A stretch of 57,760 nt of DNA, counting the filler, from Sphacelaria rigidula (taxonomy: Eukaryota): the NCBI GenBank assembly GCA_964200075.2. It is 8 parts of 8 records of this genome, joined end to end, with 100 filler letters (N's around TTAATTAATTAA, not from the genome) between each part and the next. Parts side by side here need not be neighbours in the genome. Positions count along the whole stretch, not along the records: positions 7,234 to 14,366 come from CAXNAA020016320.1; positions 14,467 to 21,599 come from CAXNAA020016321.1; positions 21,700 to 28,832 come from CAXNAA020016322.1; 5 more parts are not named here. One strand, 5' to 3'. Below are positions 11,745 to 24,030 of the stretch, in pieces (positions within the stretch are counted from its first letter, which is position 1; every line of letters starts with the position of its first letter). Both the position numbers and the translations under genes were made by a program. The notes beneath the pieces were generated by a model. It was not told where the DNA came from, did not search any database, and saw only the letters and a list, made by a program, of their open reading frames with translations.

Positions 11745-11954
11745 TGTAATGCGTGTGAGAACTGCATGCTTTTTGGACCGCATCGGAATTTTGAACACCT
11801 CAGGACCAACGTTTTCAAGACCGTTCTGGCCAGTCCCCGCAAGGACCACGCCCCTGACCCTAACCCTAGCACTGAACCTAAACCTAACCCCTACCACAAG
11901 CGTGTTTAAACTCCGATGGGGTCCAGAAAGCATGCGATCCTCCCACGCATTACA
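11745..11954. mobile_element. MITE with TGT...ACA termini, 5-bp TSD and a telomere-like core (Ginger2/TDD-like ends)
   Basis: ~53-bp TIR TGTAATGCGTG.GAG...GCATGCTTT.TGGACC.CATCGGA; CCCCT on both flanks; core CCCTGACCCTAACCCTAG...AACCTAAACCTAACCCCTA. Confidence 0.8.
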
Positions 11955-12025
11955 CCCCTTTCCGTTGATATTATTCAGAGGGGGGATGCGTTGGTTTCAT
12001 GCACGGGAAACCCTGAAGTCAAATC

Positions 12026-13705
12026 TCACAGGACGGGAGGGGACGGGACGGGAACGAACTCCTTTGCCGTCCTGTCTTTTTTCGGCGACGGAAAACGGTC
12101 GCCTCCTTCCCCGCCATTGTTTTTTCCCACGACGGGAACGGGAACACGTTTTCTTCCGGTTTCTCCCCAACAGGAACACCCTCCCGTCCAGTTCCGTCCT
12201 CGAGCGAAAATCTTGACCTTTTCGCCGAAATTCCTGCCGGATTGGATGGGATTCTCCGCCAACGCAACGAGCAGTGGATTCTCGAAAATGGGGTTGAAAA
12301 CAAATATGAGGTTCAACTCAAAAGCCGTGCTTTCCCTGGCCTAAATTCCTGACAAATGACTTTCATATGGACGACCCCCTCCCTCCCGAACTGCCCGAAA
12401 CTATTTTGGGGGGTTTCTAGCCTTCCGTTCCCCCAAAACGTATGTGCGAAAGCACGATTCTTGGGCCAAAAAACGTATTTTTTTCAACCCGAAATCGAGG
12501 CAAAATTGTGCTTTCGCACTTACCCTTTGGGGGAACGGAAGGCTAGAAACCCCCAAAAATAGTTTTAGGGAGGCCGGGATGGATGAGGTCGTCCGTATGA
12601 AATCATTTGTCATGGATTTTGGTCGGGGAAAGCACGGCTTTTGAGTGGAATCTCATTTTTGTTTTCAATCCCATTTTCAAAAGTCCACTGCTAACTGTAA
12701 TTCCCGTCGTAACTAACGGGGCCGGGAGTATATCTATTTTCAGACCCGGGTCCCTTCCACGGCCGTTTCTGGACTAACAGTTCACGCGAAAGGATTGACA
12801 GTGAAAGTGCTGACTAGAGATCGGGGCGAGACGAGACGAGAATTCCTATCCGCACGAAATGGTGTATATACATGCCTTATGCAAACGTAAACGGGTAAAT
12901 ATGCCCAGCATTCATTAGCAAGAAGGATTTCAAGCAACTGCACTCGCAATGACCGGCAAGTTATTCGGAAACTGTTCTCATACTTTCGTGAAACTCAACA
13001 GTCCACCAACGACCACAAGGAACATGCAACTACACACGGAACGCATCTCAATGGTACGAATAGAAATGCCCAGAATTCTGAAATCCCAGGAACAGTATAT
13101 TTGGGCTTTTTTGGCCGCAGGAGGATCATTGCCGGCCCGAAGATAGAAGGTTTAGTCCAGAGACATACGGCCCACACTTCATTTTCAAAATGGCACCACT
13201 ACCTCTGGCCTCGGTTCTCCAAGCTTTTGGGAGGGGACAGTTTCCTCATTACCTCGGAGGGGCACCATTCCGCACGATTCCGAGCCACATATTTTTCGAC
13301 ATTTTCATGAAAATATTTCGTTCTAGTTTTTGAGAATCCTCTATTTAATGGTCCCGTCGTGATTGTTTCGGAGGGTTTATACACATATTCCAGTGAGGAC
13401 GGGAAGGAACGGGACAGGGCAGGGCAGGACACGACGGAACGGGAAAATATCACCCAACGTTCAAGGTTCCCATGTGGACCGGAAGGGACGGAAATTCCCC
13501 GTCCCGTCAGTCCCCAACACTTCCCCTCCAGTCCCGTCATTCCTTTGACGAGGGAAACCCAGTTTCGTCCCGTCCTCATTTTAGCGAGGGGGCACCTTTG
13601 CCGTCGCGTTCCGTCAATCCATTGGCGACGGGAAAAATACCTTGTTCTATCCGTTTTATTTTGTGCGATTTAAAACGGGTTCCGTCCCGTCCCGAAGTCC
13701 CGTGA
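12026..13705. mobile_element. Degenerate non-autonomous DNA transposon with many GACGGG/CCCGTC subterminal motifs (hAT-like), interrupted by a fold-back MITE
   Basis: Left TCACAGGACGGG..GGGACGGGACGGGAAC versus right GTTCCGTCCCGTCCCGAAGTCCCGTGA; motif clusters at 12026-12200 and 13395-13705; no clear TSD. Confidence 0.55.
12270..12692. mobile_element. Fold-back MITE (423 bp, almost entirely palindromic), AACA-terminus family
   Basis: AGCAGTGGATTCTCGAAAATGGG...CCCATTTTCAAAAGTCCACTGCT; arms about 180 bp; flanks AACG/AACT; second copy at 53892-54313. Confidence 0.9.
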
Positions 13706-13769
13706 TAAGCTATGGTTGTTCGCTAAGCAAAAGCGCCTGTCATTAAGGACGCTGAAAGTATCTTGCTAG

Positions 13770-14230
13770 AGCAAAGGGCCCCGAAAAATGAGGTTGAACA
13801 CTCAGACGGGGTCGAAGTCACCTTCCGCATTGTCACATTCTACGTGAAGCACTTTTGCAATAGAACCTAGTAGAATATCTTATTTGTCTGTTGAAACTTC
13901 CCTGACTTTGTCTCGTCATGCATTGTTGCCCCGGTGTCTGGAGCTATATATATATATATATTATATATATATGTGACCACGGAAGGCGTCCGCATAAGAT
14001 GCCCAGTACCAATGTACCGCGCAGATATCGGAACGGCTTTTAATGTGAAGACAACAACAACAACATATATCCTTCCGTACATTTGAAACGGCTCTCACCA
14101 CGTGAGGGAAGCTGCTTTTCATCGGATTCCCTTAGTTTGAAAGAAGAAATGATGTCAGAGGGTTTTTCGAGTCCTAGAAAAAAGAAAATTCGCAGGGAAT
14201 TTCCCACCACTGGAATTCCCTCTTTGTATA
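13770..14230. mobile_element. One arm of the large fold-back element seen complete at 37068-37838
   Basis: AGCAAAGGGCCCCGAAAAATGAGGTTGAACAC...TTGAAACTTCCC...CGTACATTTGAAACGGCTCTCACCACGTGAGGGAAGC matches the arms of 37068-37838. Confidence 0.8.
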
Positions 14231-14366
14231 TCTATAAAACGTTTCACCGGGAATTCTTTTCCGAAGCACCGGCGGCGGCACTTGACTTCTGGTGGAAGTA
14301 TTCCACGGTTAGGACAAATCATCACGACTCAAAATCACCAAATTCACTATTTCTTCGGCCTGATTG

Positions 14367-14466
14367 NNNNNNNNNNNNNNNNNNNNNNNNNNNNNNNNNN
14401 NNNNNNNNNNTTAATTAATTAANNNNNNNNNNNNNNNNNNNNNNNNNNNNNNNNNNNNNNNNNNNN
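14367..14466. other. Artificial scaffold linker
   Basis: 44 N + TTAATTAATTAA + 44 N. Confidence 0.99.
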
Positions 14467-14670
14467 AGTGGACCCAAAAGGGCCAAAATGGGGTATATTT
14501 TGATATGATTTTAGTATTGAAAACAACTTCTTCTTTTTTTCTTCTTTTTCTCAGTCAGCTTCGTCTGCACGTTATCTCTCTAATGAGCCCAACTGTAGCA
14601 TGATCGTGAGCATTGAAATACCCACACGATTAAACGTCCATAACGATACAGACTTATGGGACAGAGGAAG

Positions 14671-14928
14671 TATAGCTTCTGCCAGACGATCTGGACAAGA
14701 GGACTATCCACGAAAGACTCCTCCAGTACCACTGGCCTCGTGCTCGACAAGTCCTTTCTTCTAACTTGTCATTATCACGGAGTGATCCTCAACAGACCAC
14801 ATCAAGAGCTAGATAGCAAGGGGCCACACAGATGAGGGTCATCAATCCAGGATCCCCTGTGCCCTGCCACTGCTGCAATCATGCATGCGATTATACTGAA
14901 ACCTACGGCTTGATATCATTTGGCTACA
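14671..14928 (-). repeat. 3' LTR (258 bp)
   Basis: Aligns end to end with 19216-19746 once the tandem expansion is removed; preceded in element sense by the G-rich tract TTTGGGGGTGC. Confidence 0.9.
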
Positions 14929-15002
14929 GCACCCCCAAAGCGAGTTCAAGACAAACGAACGAGCTTAACCAACAAAACCAACGGAAAATCGTATGCGCCA
15001 GA

Positions 15003-18000
15003 TCACAAAGAAATACCATACTCCGACGCTAATTTACTGGTCAGCGCCCGAGTCAACCGCATTTTACGCAGTTCCTTCAAAATAAATTCAGGCGCAGGAG
15101 AATGAATCTTGCAAAGAGACTCCCACGTACGTTTTTCAGCACCGAACCCGTCCAAATCGGCGAAAACAATGACATCGCCAATGTCACCCTCAGCGACGTG
15201 CACCAAAGCATCCATGCGACATTCACCTTGAGCATACGAATGCTGAAATACATCTTTGTGTTCCGCAGGGATGTGCAACTGCGAGTCAGCATTAAACCGT
15301 GAACGAGCGACATGGGCCGAGTGCACGGCGCCAGAAACAATGTTCTGCACCCGAATACACGTGAGCGTGATCGGCTCCGACCACTCGCCACGGACCTGTC
15401 CACGTGGACATCAACTTTGGCGTAACACCTTGCCTACGAACATGGGCATACAAGACGAAATCGCCAACTGCAAACTTGGCAACACAGCCTGACCCTAAGC
15501 AAGCTTGCGTTTGGTTTCGCGAGACAACGCGACAGCAGCTTGCACTCCGTTACAAAACCGCACTTGCTCGTCAACCACGCCTCGAACCTTGTCACGCAAC
15601 GAATCAGCATCCATGACATCGACGTTCCACTCGCCGCCAGTGAAAAAAATCCAGCGCGGAAAACGCTGTACGCGGCGCACGCCCAAACATCGCACAATGC
15701 GGAGTGTTACGGTAGCATTCACGAAAAGAAGTATTCCACGTCCGCCGAGCGGCTGGCAAAACATCAACCCATTTAGACACCGGCCGTCTCTGTTCCGACA
15801 AAATTGACCGCAACGCACGAAAAACCTCTTTCACCATGCGTTCACAAGCACCATTCGACCAAGGGGTATACGCAACAGCAAATTGGCGTTGCACCTTGAG
15901 CGCGTCGCTCAGCTGCGCGATCACTCGATTCTTGAAGTGCGTGGCGGTATCACTGACCCACACACGCGGCACCCCCGAAGTCTTGCACCAATGGAGCAAG
16001 TGCTTAGCCGTGAACTCGGCGGTGCAAGCCTCGATCGGCTCCAAGCAAACGAAATTGGACAAGCCATCCATGATAACCTAAACGTACCGGGAGCCATCCT
16101 CGTCAGGCAAAACATCAGCACCTTCAGGTCCGCTACTGCCGACGAACAGGAAATCAAAGTGAACAACTTCATCTGGCGCAGTACCATGCACAGTATCGCC
16201 ATACGGACGAGGTACGGTCGCACCAGCACGAGTGTCTACACAATGCAAACAGTGGCGAACGAACTCACGAACGTGGGAATCCATTTGAGGCCACACACAG
16301 TATTCTTTCAAACAAAACAGAGTCGGCGCCACACCACGGTGGCCAGCCCACCGCATGTGAGCGCACGCCATCAAACGAGTTCGTCGAGCCTCATCAGTCT
16401 ACGGAATCCACAAAGCATCACTACTGCCAACGCGCACGCGAAACAAACCATCGTCAGCCTTAGTAGCTTGACCGAAAGTCGTAGAAAAAAAATGAACACC
16501 GTCGCCGACTGTTTGGCGCTGCGCGGTACGAATGACATCTAACGAGGGCAGCGAATCATCGGCATCACACGGGCTGTACACGGCAACAGAACGAACAGGC
16601 ACGGTAGGAACCTTCACCCAGCGAGCTTCACCTGGCGTAAAGAAACCGTCAGGCGTGACGATCGTGAGGATCTCTTAAGCCTCCGGCGCCAGAGACATCT
16701 GCCAATACCCCTGTAGCAGGTCCAACTTGCCGAAGCATTGAGGTCCGAGCAACTCCCGCATGTCTTCTTGGCTTGGCATCACCCCCCGAGACTATTCCAC
16801 TTGCGCGTTCACCGCCTGATGGTCGCTGACCAAACGGAATGTGTCCCTCTTCGACACCCCCATCGCCGGACTCGCTCACACAGCCTGAATGCTCCCAACC
16901 AACAAACCAAATGCCACCAAAGCTGCGATGCATGAAGCAAGCCACCCTGTCTTCACCGGATCATAGCGTCTAGTCTTGGCCTTCACGGCCGTTACCTGTG
17001 GCTTGAACTGCACCCTCATGGGCTCTATGCGCGCTGGCGGGTCACCACGCAGCGCGCGACGAAAGGTATCCACGCGACGAGCCAAAATACCTCTCAATGT
17101 GCGCCATCGACGCTCAGGCCCTTCTGCTCGGCCTGCTGCACGCTATCCTCAAGCGCACGTTCTCTTGCACCTCTCCTCCGCTGGGTCCATAAACATGTCC
17201 GGCCCCCGATTGACCAAGCGCTTCGCCTTTTCATCCGCAGGAGCCTCCTCCTTATTGGCGCTCAGGAATGGCCGTATGGGAACGATCGCACGCCTCGCCG
17301 CTAAATAGCCGGGGTTTTCCACGCCGGTTTGCACCGGCACAGCACGCGGGCGTAACTTCTCCAACGCCAGCGGGTACAAATCGATCCCGAGCTCCTTCAT
17401 CGTCGCCATCCCGAACGGAACCACGTTATCCCTACCGAGCATGACAGCGAAAGTAATGGGCTGCAACTCCACGGCCCCCCACGGCGTACGCACGCTAACA
17501 GTGATCGGCACCGTTTTGTGTGTAACCGTCACGGGAGCACCCGTGGTGGTCTGTGCCGTTTGTGGTCCATTCTCGAACGGAATCTGAAGCTGAGCGCCGC
17601 CAAACTGCGAAGACATGTGTTCTAGCAACCCCACACCGATCGACGTGAGCGCGGACCCAGAATCCAGAAAAACGCGGGCCATGAACAAACCCACAGAACC
17701 ACGCAAGGAAAGATCTGCGCGTGAACACTCGGTCTTGCGATCGACAGGCACCACGCCTGCCGAAGAACACTATTCGGTGCCAAGAGTCGCCTGAAGTCAG
17801 GGCTGCGCTCCAGCACTTGACATCGATCACTGAGAATCGTCGGTCCAACCAGACCACGTCGCCGAATATGCAGAGAGCGTTGTTACAGCCGTCGCAGCAG
17901 TAGGAGATGCACCAGACACGGATCCTGCCTGGCCGAGGGGTTGCGAACTATTCGCTCCAGCACTCCCCATCGAAGCATTTGCATTTCCCACGTACACTGT

Positions 18001-18950
18001 CTGCCCCGACACGGACGAACCATGAGATCCAGAGTCACCACCTGATGACGTAGTGGAAGAAACAGCAGCAGGGGAACCACCACCCGCCGCCGATTGCTTG
18101 CTACCGCGGCCACCGCGCCTGCGTCCATGGTAGGCACGGCCCCATCCACCGTGACGACCGCTTCGACATCGTGATGAATCTCGTGCATTGCCCTGTGCAG
18201 CGCCTTGATCGAGAGGCTTGGGGCAGTCCTTAATCAGTTGTCTTTAGTCGCCGCAGTTGTAACACGCGCGAGTGGACGACGCTCGTGAAGACGGTTGCTG
18301 TTTCTGTTTCTGTTGCTGTTCACCGCGCGCACCACCTGTACTTGTTGTAGAATCGCGCCGGCTGTGTGCCTCAATGAATTTCCACTTTCGGCGGCATCAA
18401 ACATTGTGTTGAACACCACCGTCGGGTTCTTTTTCCAGCCGTCAACATACGTTAGTACGCTTCTAACATACGCCTTGAATTCCGGGGGCGAAATCCCGTC
18501 CACCAAAGCTATGGAAACCGAATCGGCTGGGCCTGGCAACCAGCTCCTGTCCTCCGCACGGTACATGGCTTGCACCGTGAGGTTTTTTGCGAAACACGTT
18601 TCCATCGCTGAACTGACCATCATCGCTCTATCCTTGACGGATGTTTTACCACTTTGTGGAATAGTAAGAACTTTGCGTAGGTCTGCTGCAGTCCGCGCAG
18701 CGTCATGCTTTCCGCCGGTTGTAGTATACCCGGCATGCTGCTTCACGGCATCGAGTTATTCATCGGGAGTCATAGCCCGAAGGTCCTTGTACATATCTTC
18801 GAAGCACCGGTGAATATAGGTAGGGATGAGTTGTCCTATGCTCACTCTCTCATGCCGTATGGCTCCTGTGCTGTTGGCTAAAATCAGCCTATCTAAAAAT
18901 TCGATATATGCGGCATAAAGCCTTCTTGACGCCTCTTTAGTCCACACTTC
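15003..18950 (-). pseudogene. Disrupted gag-pol (gag, protease, truncated RT, integrase, chromodomain-like tail)
   Basis: ORF fragments 18756-18947, 18234-18746, 17149-17754, 16876-17097, 16399-16617, 16078-16374, 15604-16071 and 15003-15350 carry the motifs in Gypsy order. Confidence 0.88.
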
Positions 18951-19215
18951 GCCATACTTTGGCGACTCTATAATAGTGGCTCATCTAACACCAGCGGCGC
19001 TGCCGCCGGTTGAGTCATGTCGACTAGACTTGAACACTTCACTGAGAAACTCTTGCCTGACTTGTGCGTCATCCAGCTTACGGAGCGTCCCCCACTGCTG
19101 TGCGCTTCGAGTTAGTCTCCTCCTGTCTGCGGGCTAAACTGGCTCCCAGCTGCAGCCCACTTTCCACTCAGCCAAACTCCTCTAACAGAGTGCCGGAAGA
19201 AGGTTATCTAGATAT

Positions 19216-19746
19216 TGTAGCCTCTGCCAGACGATCTGAACAAGAGGACTATCCACGAAAGACTCCTCCAGTACCACTGGCCTCGTGCTTTACCAGTCCT
19301 TTCTTCTAACTTGTTATTATTGCGGAGTGATCCTCAACAGACCACATCAAGAACCAGAGAGCAAGGGGCCACACAGATAAGAGTCATCAATCGAGTGATA
19401 CTCAACAGACCACATCAAGAACCAGAGAGCAAGGGGCCACACAGATAAGAGTCATCAATCGAGTGATACTCAACAGACCACATCAAGAACCAGAGAGCAA
19501 GGGGCCACACAAATAAGAGTCATCAATCGAGTGATACTCAACAGACCACATCAAGAACCAGAGAGCAAGGGGCCACACAGATAAGAGTCATCAATCGAGT
19601 GATCCTCAACAGACCACTATCAAGAACCAGAGAGCAAGGGGCCACACAGATAAGAGTCATCAATCCAGGATCCCCTGTGCCCTACCACTGCTGCAATCAT
19701 GCATGCGATTATACTGAAACCTACGGCTTGGTATTATTTGGCTACA
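19216..19746 (-). repeat. 5' LTR containing a 5x68-bp tandem expansion (19325-19665)
   Basis: Unit GAGTGAT(C/A)CTCAACAGACCACATCAAGAACCAGAGAGCAAGGGGCCACACAGATAAGAGTCATCAATC starts at 19325, 19393, 19461, 19529 and 19597. Confidence 0.92.
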
Positions 19747-19897
19747 AACTCGAACACCTTGTGGAGGTATACAAATCAGGACAATATGGTACGGAAATCT
19801 GTGTGCTACCGTGCTGCCATAAGACCGTTCCCGAACCCAATGTTGCCGCGGATTTAATTCACCGGGATTCAAAAATCTGTTGCCATGACATCCGGGC

Positions 19898-20006
19898 TGA
19901 GTACCGGAATGTTGGAGATGTCTTTTTCAGGAGTAGGAATGGTGCTCCGTCTCGAAAGGGATGCGGGGTCAATAGTCAAACGACTAAGGCAAGCCACAAA
20001 TGAGTA
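19898..20006 (+). mobile_element. 5'-truncated copy of the LINE 3' end
   Basis: GGTGCTCCGTCTCGAAAGGGATGCG...AAATGAGTA matches the 3' region of the LINE at 45313-45410 (minus). Confidence 0.8.
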
Positions 20007-20546
20007 GACCCCCCCCTCCCCCGTCTTGGGAGGTGCCAACTAAAAACGGGCGCGTAGGTGTGCAAGAAAAAACAACTCGTGTACCCCTTGCAGACACTGC
20101 ATTTTATTTTCCAGCCGTGATTTTGCCCAGAGGCTGTTCTCGAAACCTCGGAGCTAAGCGAAGCAGGAGAATGAGCTAGACTTCTCTCGGTGGGGCGATG
20201 CAAAGTGCCCAAGACGTGTGATAGCGATATTCTCTGCTTGGGGGCCAAAAACCATGTAATATGTCTAAAAAGTGGGAAATACGAAGTGAGACCTCAAGAT
20301 AAAACAATCCGCAAGAAACGGTCTGAGGCCGCTCCTTACAGCAACATGCAGGCGAACAAATAAGTCCTGTGAGAATGTTCCTTCGGTCCTCCTTCGCCGT
20401 TTTATGCCCTAAAAGCGAGCTAGGCGGAGTATGACACCCTAGAATGACTTGCTCTACTCGTTGAGACGGTCCCGAACGTCTTCGCGTTGTCCAGTGGCCG
20501 CCGTTTCTATTTAGGCCAAAATATTGTTCAAGAACGGTCAAATCTA

Positions 20547-21445
20547 CGAGCTGGGCCGCCCTAGACGCGGATTTAAGCTCTCAAAGCAATCTCTCATCGG
20601 CACAGACGAGTTGGGTCGTGATCTGCATATCGTATTAATCGTCTGATCATGGGGGAGATGCCCATGTGCTCATATGTCTGGGCCATTTTATTTTCTCGTT
20701 GATTAAATCCCATGTCTAGTAATTCCTATACCGTACAGAGATAGCGTCAATACTAAAGTCTACATGAAACCCCGAACGATATATACTACAGCGGATGATC
20801 ACGATTATTGTGTGGATACTCCCTGGAGAACGGGAAACGATCAATACCCCCACTTTTGCCTAATTCGTTATCTGTCTCGAGATATAGCGTACATAATTTT
20901 CGATACTAAAATCAACATATTTCGAGCAGAGGCATTTCATGCACTAAATTTGGATATTCTGTCCCAGTTTTGGATAATTGTGCTTCGATATTTCGTTGGG
21001 AGAATCTCCACTGCATAATGGAGGAAAAACTCATCGTTTTTCGTTTTTCTTCATTTTTTTTTTCTTCATTTTTTTTGTTTTCCAGTGGAGTTTCAAGGAG
21101 AAATGGACAGTGCTCTCGGACCTGATCTCAGCTTTTCAGCTTAATTTTTACAGTGGAGATTTGAAACTCATCATGGAGGATTGCATAGGCATACCGAAGA
21201 AAAAATGGTCTTCACTATACTAAAGCGTCCTAAGCAAGTGAATATATGAATATATGTCAACCTTTCCCACTTTAGTTGGTCGGTTATGGCCTAGCGAGGT
21301 CCCACACAAAAATTCAAGGCACAAGTACCAGACCTGGGCCGGTAAACGGCCTTGAAAATGTTGTTCCGCATTTCGACCGGCCCGGTTTCGAAATCACCGT
21401 TTTTCACCTCAATTTTGCGAGTGAGACTTCGAAATTTGGTAGGCA
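20547..21445 (+). repeat. Dispersed non-coding repeat, paralogue of 8150-9100
   Basis: Collinear sequence similarity over about 900 bp. Confidence 0.8.
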
Positions 21446-21493
21446 GGAAGAATAGGGCATCCTCACACGCTGTAGAAATCACCGTTAATTTAT

Positions 21494-21525
<32 letters not shown>

Positions 21526-21599
21526 GCAGGCCGGGGGGGGGGCGGTGCAGGATTCGCATTGTTTTTTCCCTTAATAACACCAATTTTAAATATTAAGAG

Positions 21600-21699
21600 N
21601 NNNNNNNNNNNNNNNNNNNNNNNNNNNNNNNNNNNNNNNNNNNTTAATTAATTAANNNNNNNNNNNNNNNNNNNNNNNNNNNNNNNNNNNNNNNNNNNN
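21600..21699. other. Artificial scaffold linker
   Basis: 44 N + TTAATTAATTAA + 44 N. Confidence 0.99.
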
Positions 21700-21783
21700 G
21701 GGGGCGACGTAAATTGTCATATTACCAGGGGCCGCATACTCACAAGCACCCCCCCCCCCCCCCCCCCCCCCCCGCCACCCCCC

Positions 21784-21849
21784 GTGCTCCGTCTCGCAAG
21801 GGGTACGTGGTCAATCGTCAAGCGACTAAGGCAAGCAACGGATGAGTAC
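21784..21849 (+). mobile_element. 5'-truncated copy of the LINE 3' end
   Basis: GTGCTCCGTCTCGCAAGGG...GACTAAGGCAAGCAACGGATGAGTAC with C-runs on both sides. Confidence 0.75.
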
Positions 21850-22437
21850 GCCCCCGCTCCCCTGCCCCGCAAAGTCATTCGTTTTATTTTTGCACAGAAG
21901 TCGCTCGAGCGTGTTCGGCTCATGATCCCATTGGATTTGGCGGTCAGTCACGACAATTGAAGCAAACACCATCATTTTTACCGACGTTCTCACATGAACA
22001 ACCCTGACCAGAGCTAACCGTGCGCCGCCGCAAGTGATGCATTCGATGTTATTGCGGTACTCATCTGCTCGTCATTTTCTCATCTACGGGACACTCCCGT
22101 AACCAAAAAAAGTGAAACGCAGGTAAGTACCGTATTATTCTCCGATATACTCCTCAGGCGTGACCACCACTCTCTTTCTCCCTCTCCTCTCTTTGCTTGG
22201 AACCGTGTTTTGATGGACTTATATCTTTCTCTTTTTTCCTTCTTTCCCGTTCTGTTTTTTTTTTCTTTTTTTTTCCTCCTTCTTTGAGTCTTGCCTTCGC
22301 GAATGTTTAGTCATTTGAAAAAAAAAATCCTGGAGCACGTTCAAGTGTATGCCTATCCTATCCTACGAAGGCGGTCGCGCATTCATATTGTAGTGGATCA
22401 GTTGCTCCGAGACAAGACATCAACTTTAATCGAATCC

Positions 22438-23777
22438 CTCCCTGGACAACGATAACGTATGGTCCATAGATGCAATAGACAATAAAATGTACTGGGTGAA
22501 GTATAGATCTATTCCAAGTATTGTCGAGTGGCAATAGTTGCAAAAGGTTTACACTTCACCCAGTACATTTTTTACCTATTGTATGTATTAACCATATATT
22601 GTCCAGGGTGTAATCGAATCAAGTCGAATCAATTCAGCAGAGGCTTGTCAGTGTATGATGAGCCTTGAATGTCGGAATCAATCACTACTGTACGTACACA
22701 GCGCACAGGTCTCGATCATGTTCCTGTCATTTATTTGCTCTGCTGCTTTCTCTCGGCCGGTACTTGTTCTAAATGTTCCTACTTGTTTTTTTGCTCTTCG
22801 CTGCTATTATATTTGGCCACCTCTTCCCCTTTGGTCCGGACAAGTCCGTGGTCTCAAGGGATCATAACCCTTACGTTTTGGTACGTACCGCGGATTGGAT
22901 CAAAACACTCCCGCACCGCGTTGACCGTCGTCTAACAAACTCAGCCAAACAGCTCTTTTTAGTTTGCTACTCACGTACGTGCCCACGCCTTCGATAATGG
23001 AAATCATATATATTTTATACATGGGGAAAAAGCCGAGCAAGACGCATTTATCTGGCGAGAATCAAACCCACATTTTCCCCCGCCCTAATGGTGTCACTTG
23101 TACTGTACCATTAGACCACACCCTGGACAATGTTGGATTGTGTTCCCTTTTTCCAAAAGATCATAATCCAACCCCAATCCATCCTTTTACCCACTACAAT
23201 GGAAAAAAAACTGTTACAATACCCCGCGGTTCATATATGATCAATAGATGCAATAGACAAAAAACAGCACTGGATAAAGTAAAGGTCTGTTGCATCTACT
23301 GACCATATACCTACCATACACCGTCAATAGTTGCAATAGACCTATACCTTACCCAGTACATTTTTTGTCTATCGCATCTGTTGATCATATGTTGTCCAGG
23401 GGGTGCATTACACCACCGGGACGCGGCGGGTATACTTTGCGATCCTCTGGTTATCATTTCCCTTCCTTTTCCGTTCCTGTTTTCTTTCTCTCCCTCTTTT
23501 CGTGTTCCCTTTGTTACAGTCACTCTTCGCTTTTTTCTTCTTGATTTCACTTTTGGTGTGCTTGTGTTTCGTTCTTGCCTTTTTTTTTTTTGCCTTATCT
23601 TATGGTGGAGGTGTTGTGTTTCCGTTTTTCTACTTCTTTTTCATACCCTGGACAAGAGAATACACAGTCAAAAAGTGTTTAGCGTGCAGTATCGACCATT
23701 GCGCCTATTGCAACAGACAATTGATTCCACACTGTACGCAGTACATTTTTTGACAACATAATCTATTGTCCAGGGTG
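22438..23777. mobile_element. Cluster of three short MITEs with CACCCTGGACAA-type TIRs (22438-22610, 23119-23405, 23644-23777); related core at about 26505-26610
   Basis: Each begins CCCTGGACAA and ends TTGTCCAGGG(G)TG; shared internal CAGTACATTTTTT, paired with an inverted AAAATGTACTG in the best-preserved copies. Confidence 0.7.
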
Positions 23778-24030
23778 TGTGTGTTTTGGCGGTCGGTGTT
23801 TTTGTTATTGTGTCTATCCCTTTATTATTTTTTTCTTCGGCACGCCTCTCTTCTTGTAACTAGCCGCGGCTGGATTCGGAGAGGGTCAGTGAATGTTATT
23901 GTGCGACAATCAATGACTCACCCCCTCCCTCCCTTACTCGCTGACGTTCACCTGTTACACATCTTCTCCCTTGTTGATAGTCACCTAAACCCGCTTGCTC
24001 CCCATCTCCCCTCCTCGGCGTATATCCGCC

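Larger units (their letters stand above)
14671..19746 (-). mobile_element. Ty3/Gypsy LTR retrotransposon, degenerate and internally deleted
   Basis: Direct LTRs at 14671-14928 and 19216-19746 (TGTAGC...GCTACA). Minus-strand order: gag-like (about 18234-18950), aspartic protease (VFLDSGS), RT N-terminus (ASPAM..., FGKLDLLQGYWQM), integrase HHCC (HMRWAGH...CLHC) and DDE core (HFDFL, VSDTATHF, SNGACERMV), chromodomain-like tail (GFGAEKRTWESL). Multiple stops and frameshifts. Confidence 0.93.

Noticed and set aside
19325-19665. 68-bp repeats as a CRISPR array
   Set aside because: Head-to-tail units with no spacers, inside an LTR; no cas genes.
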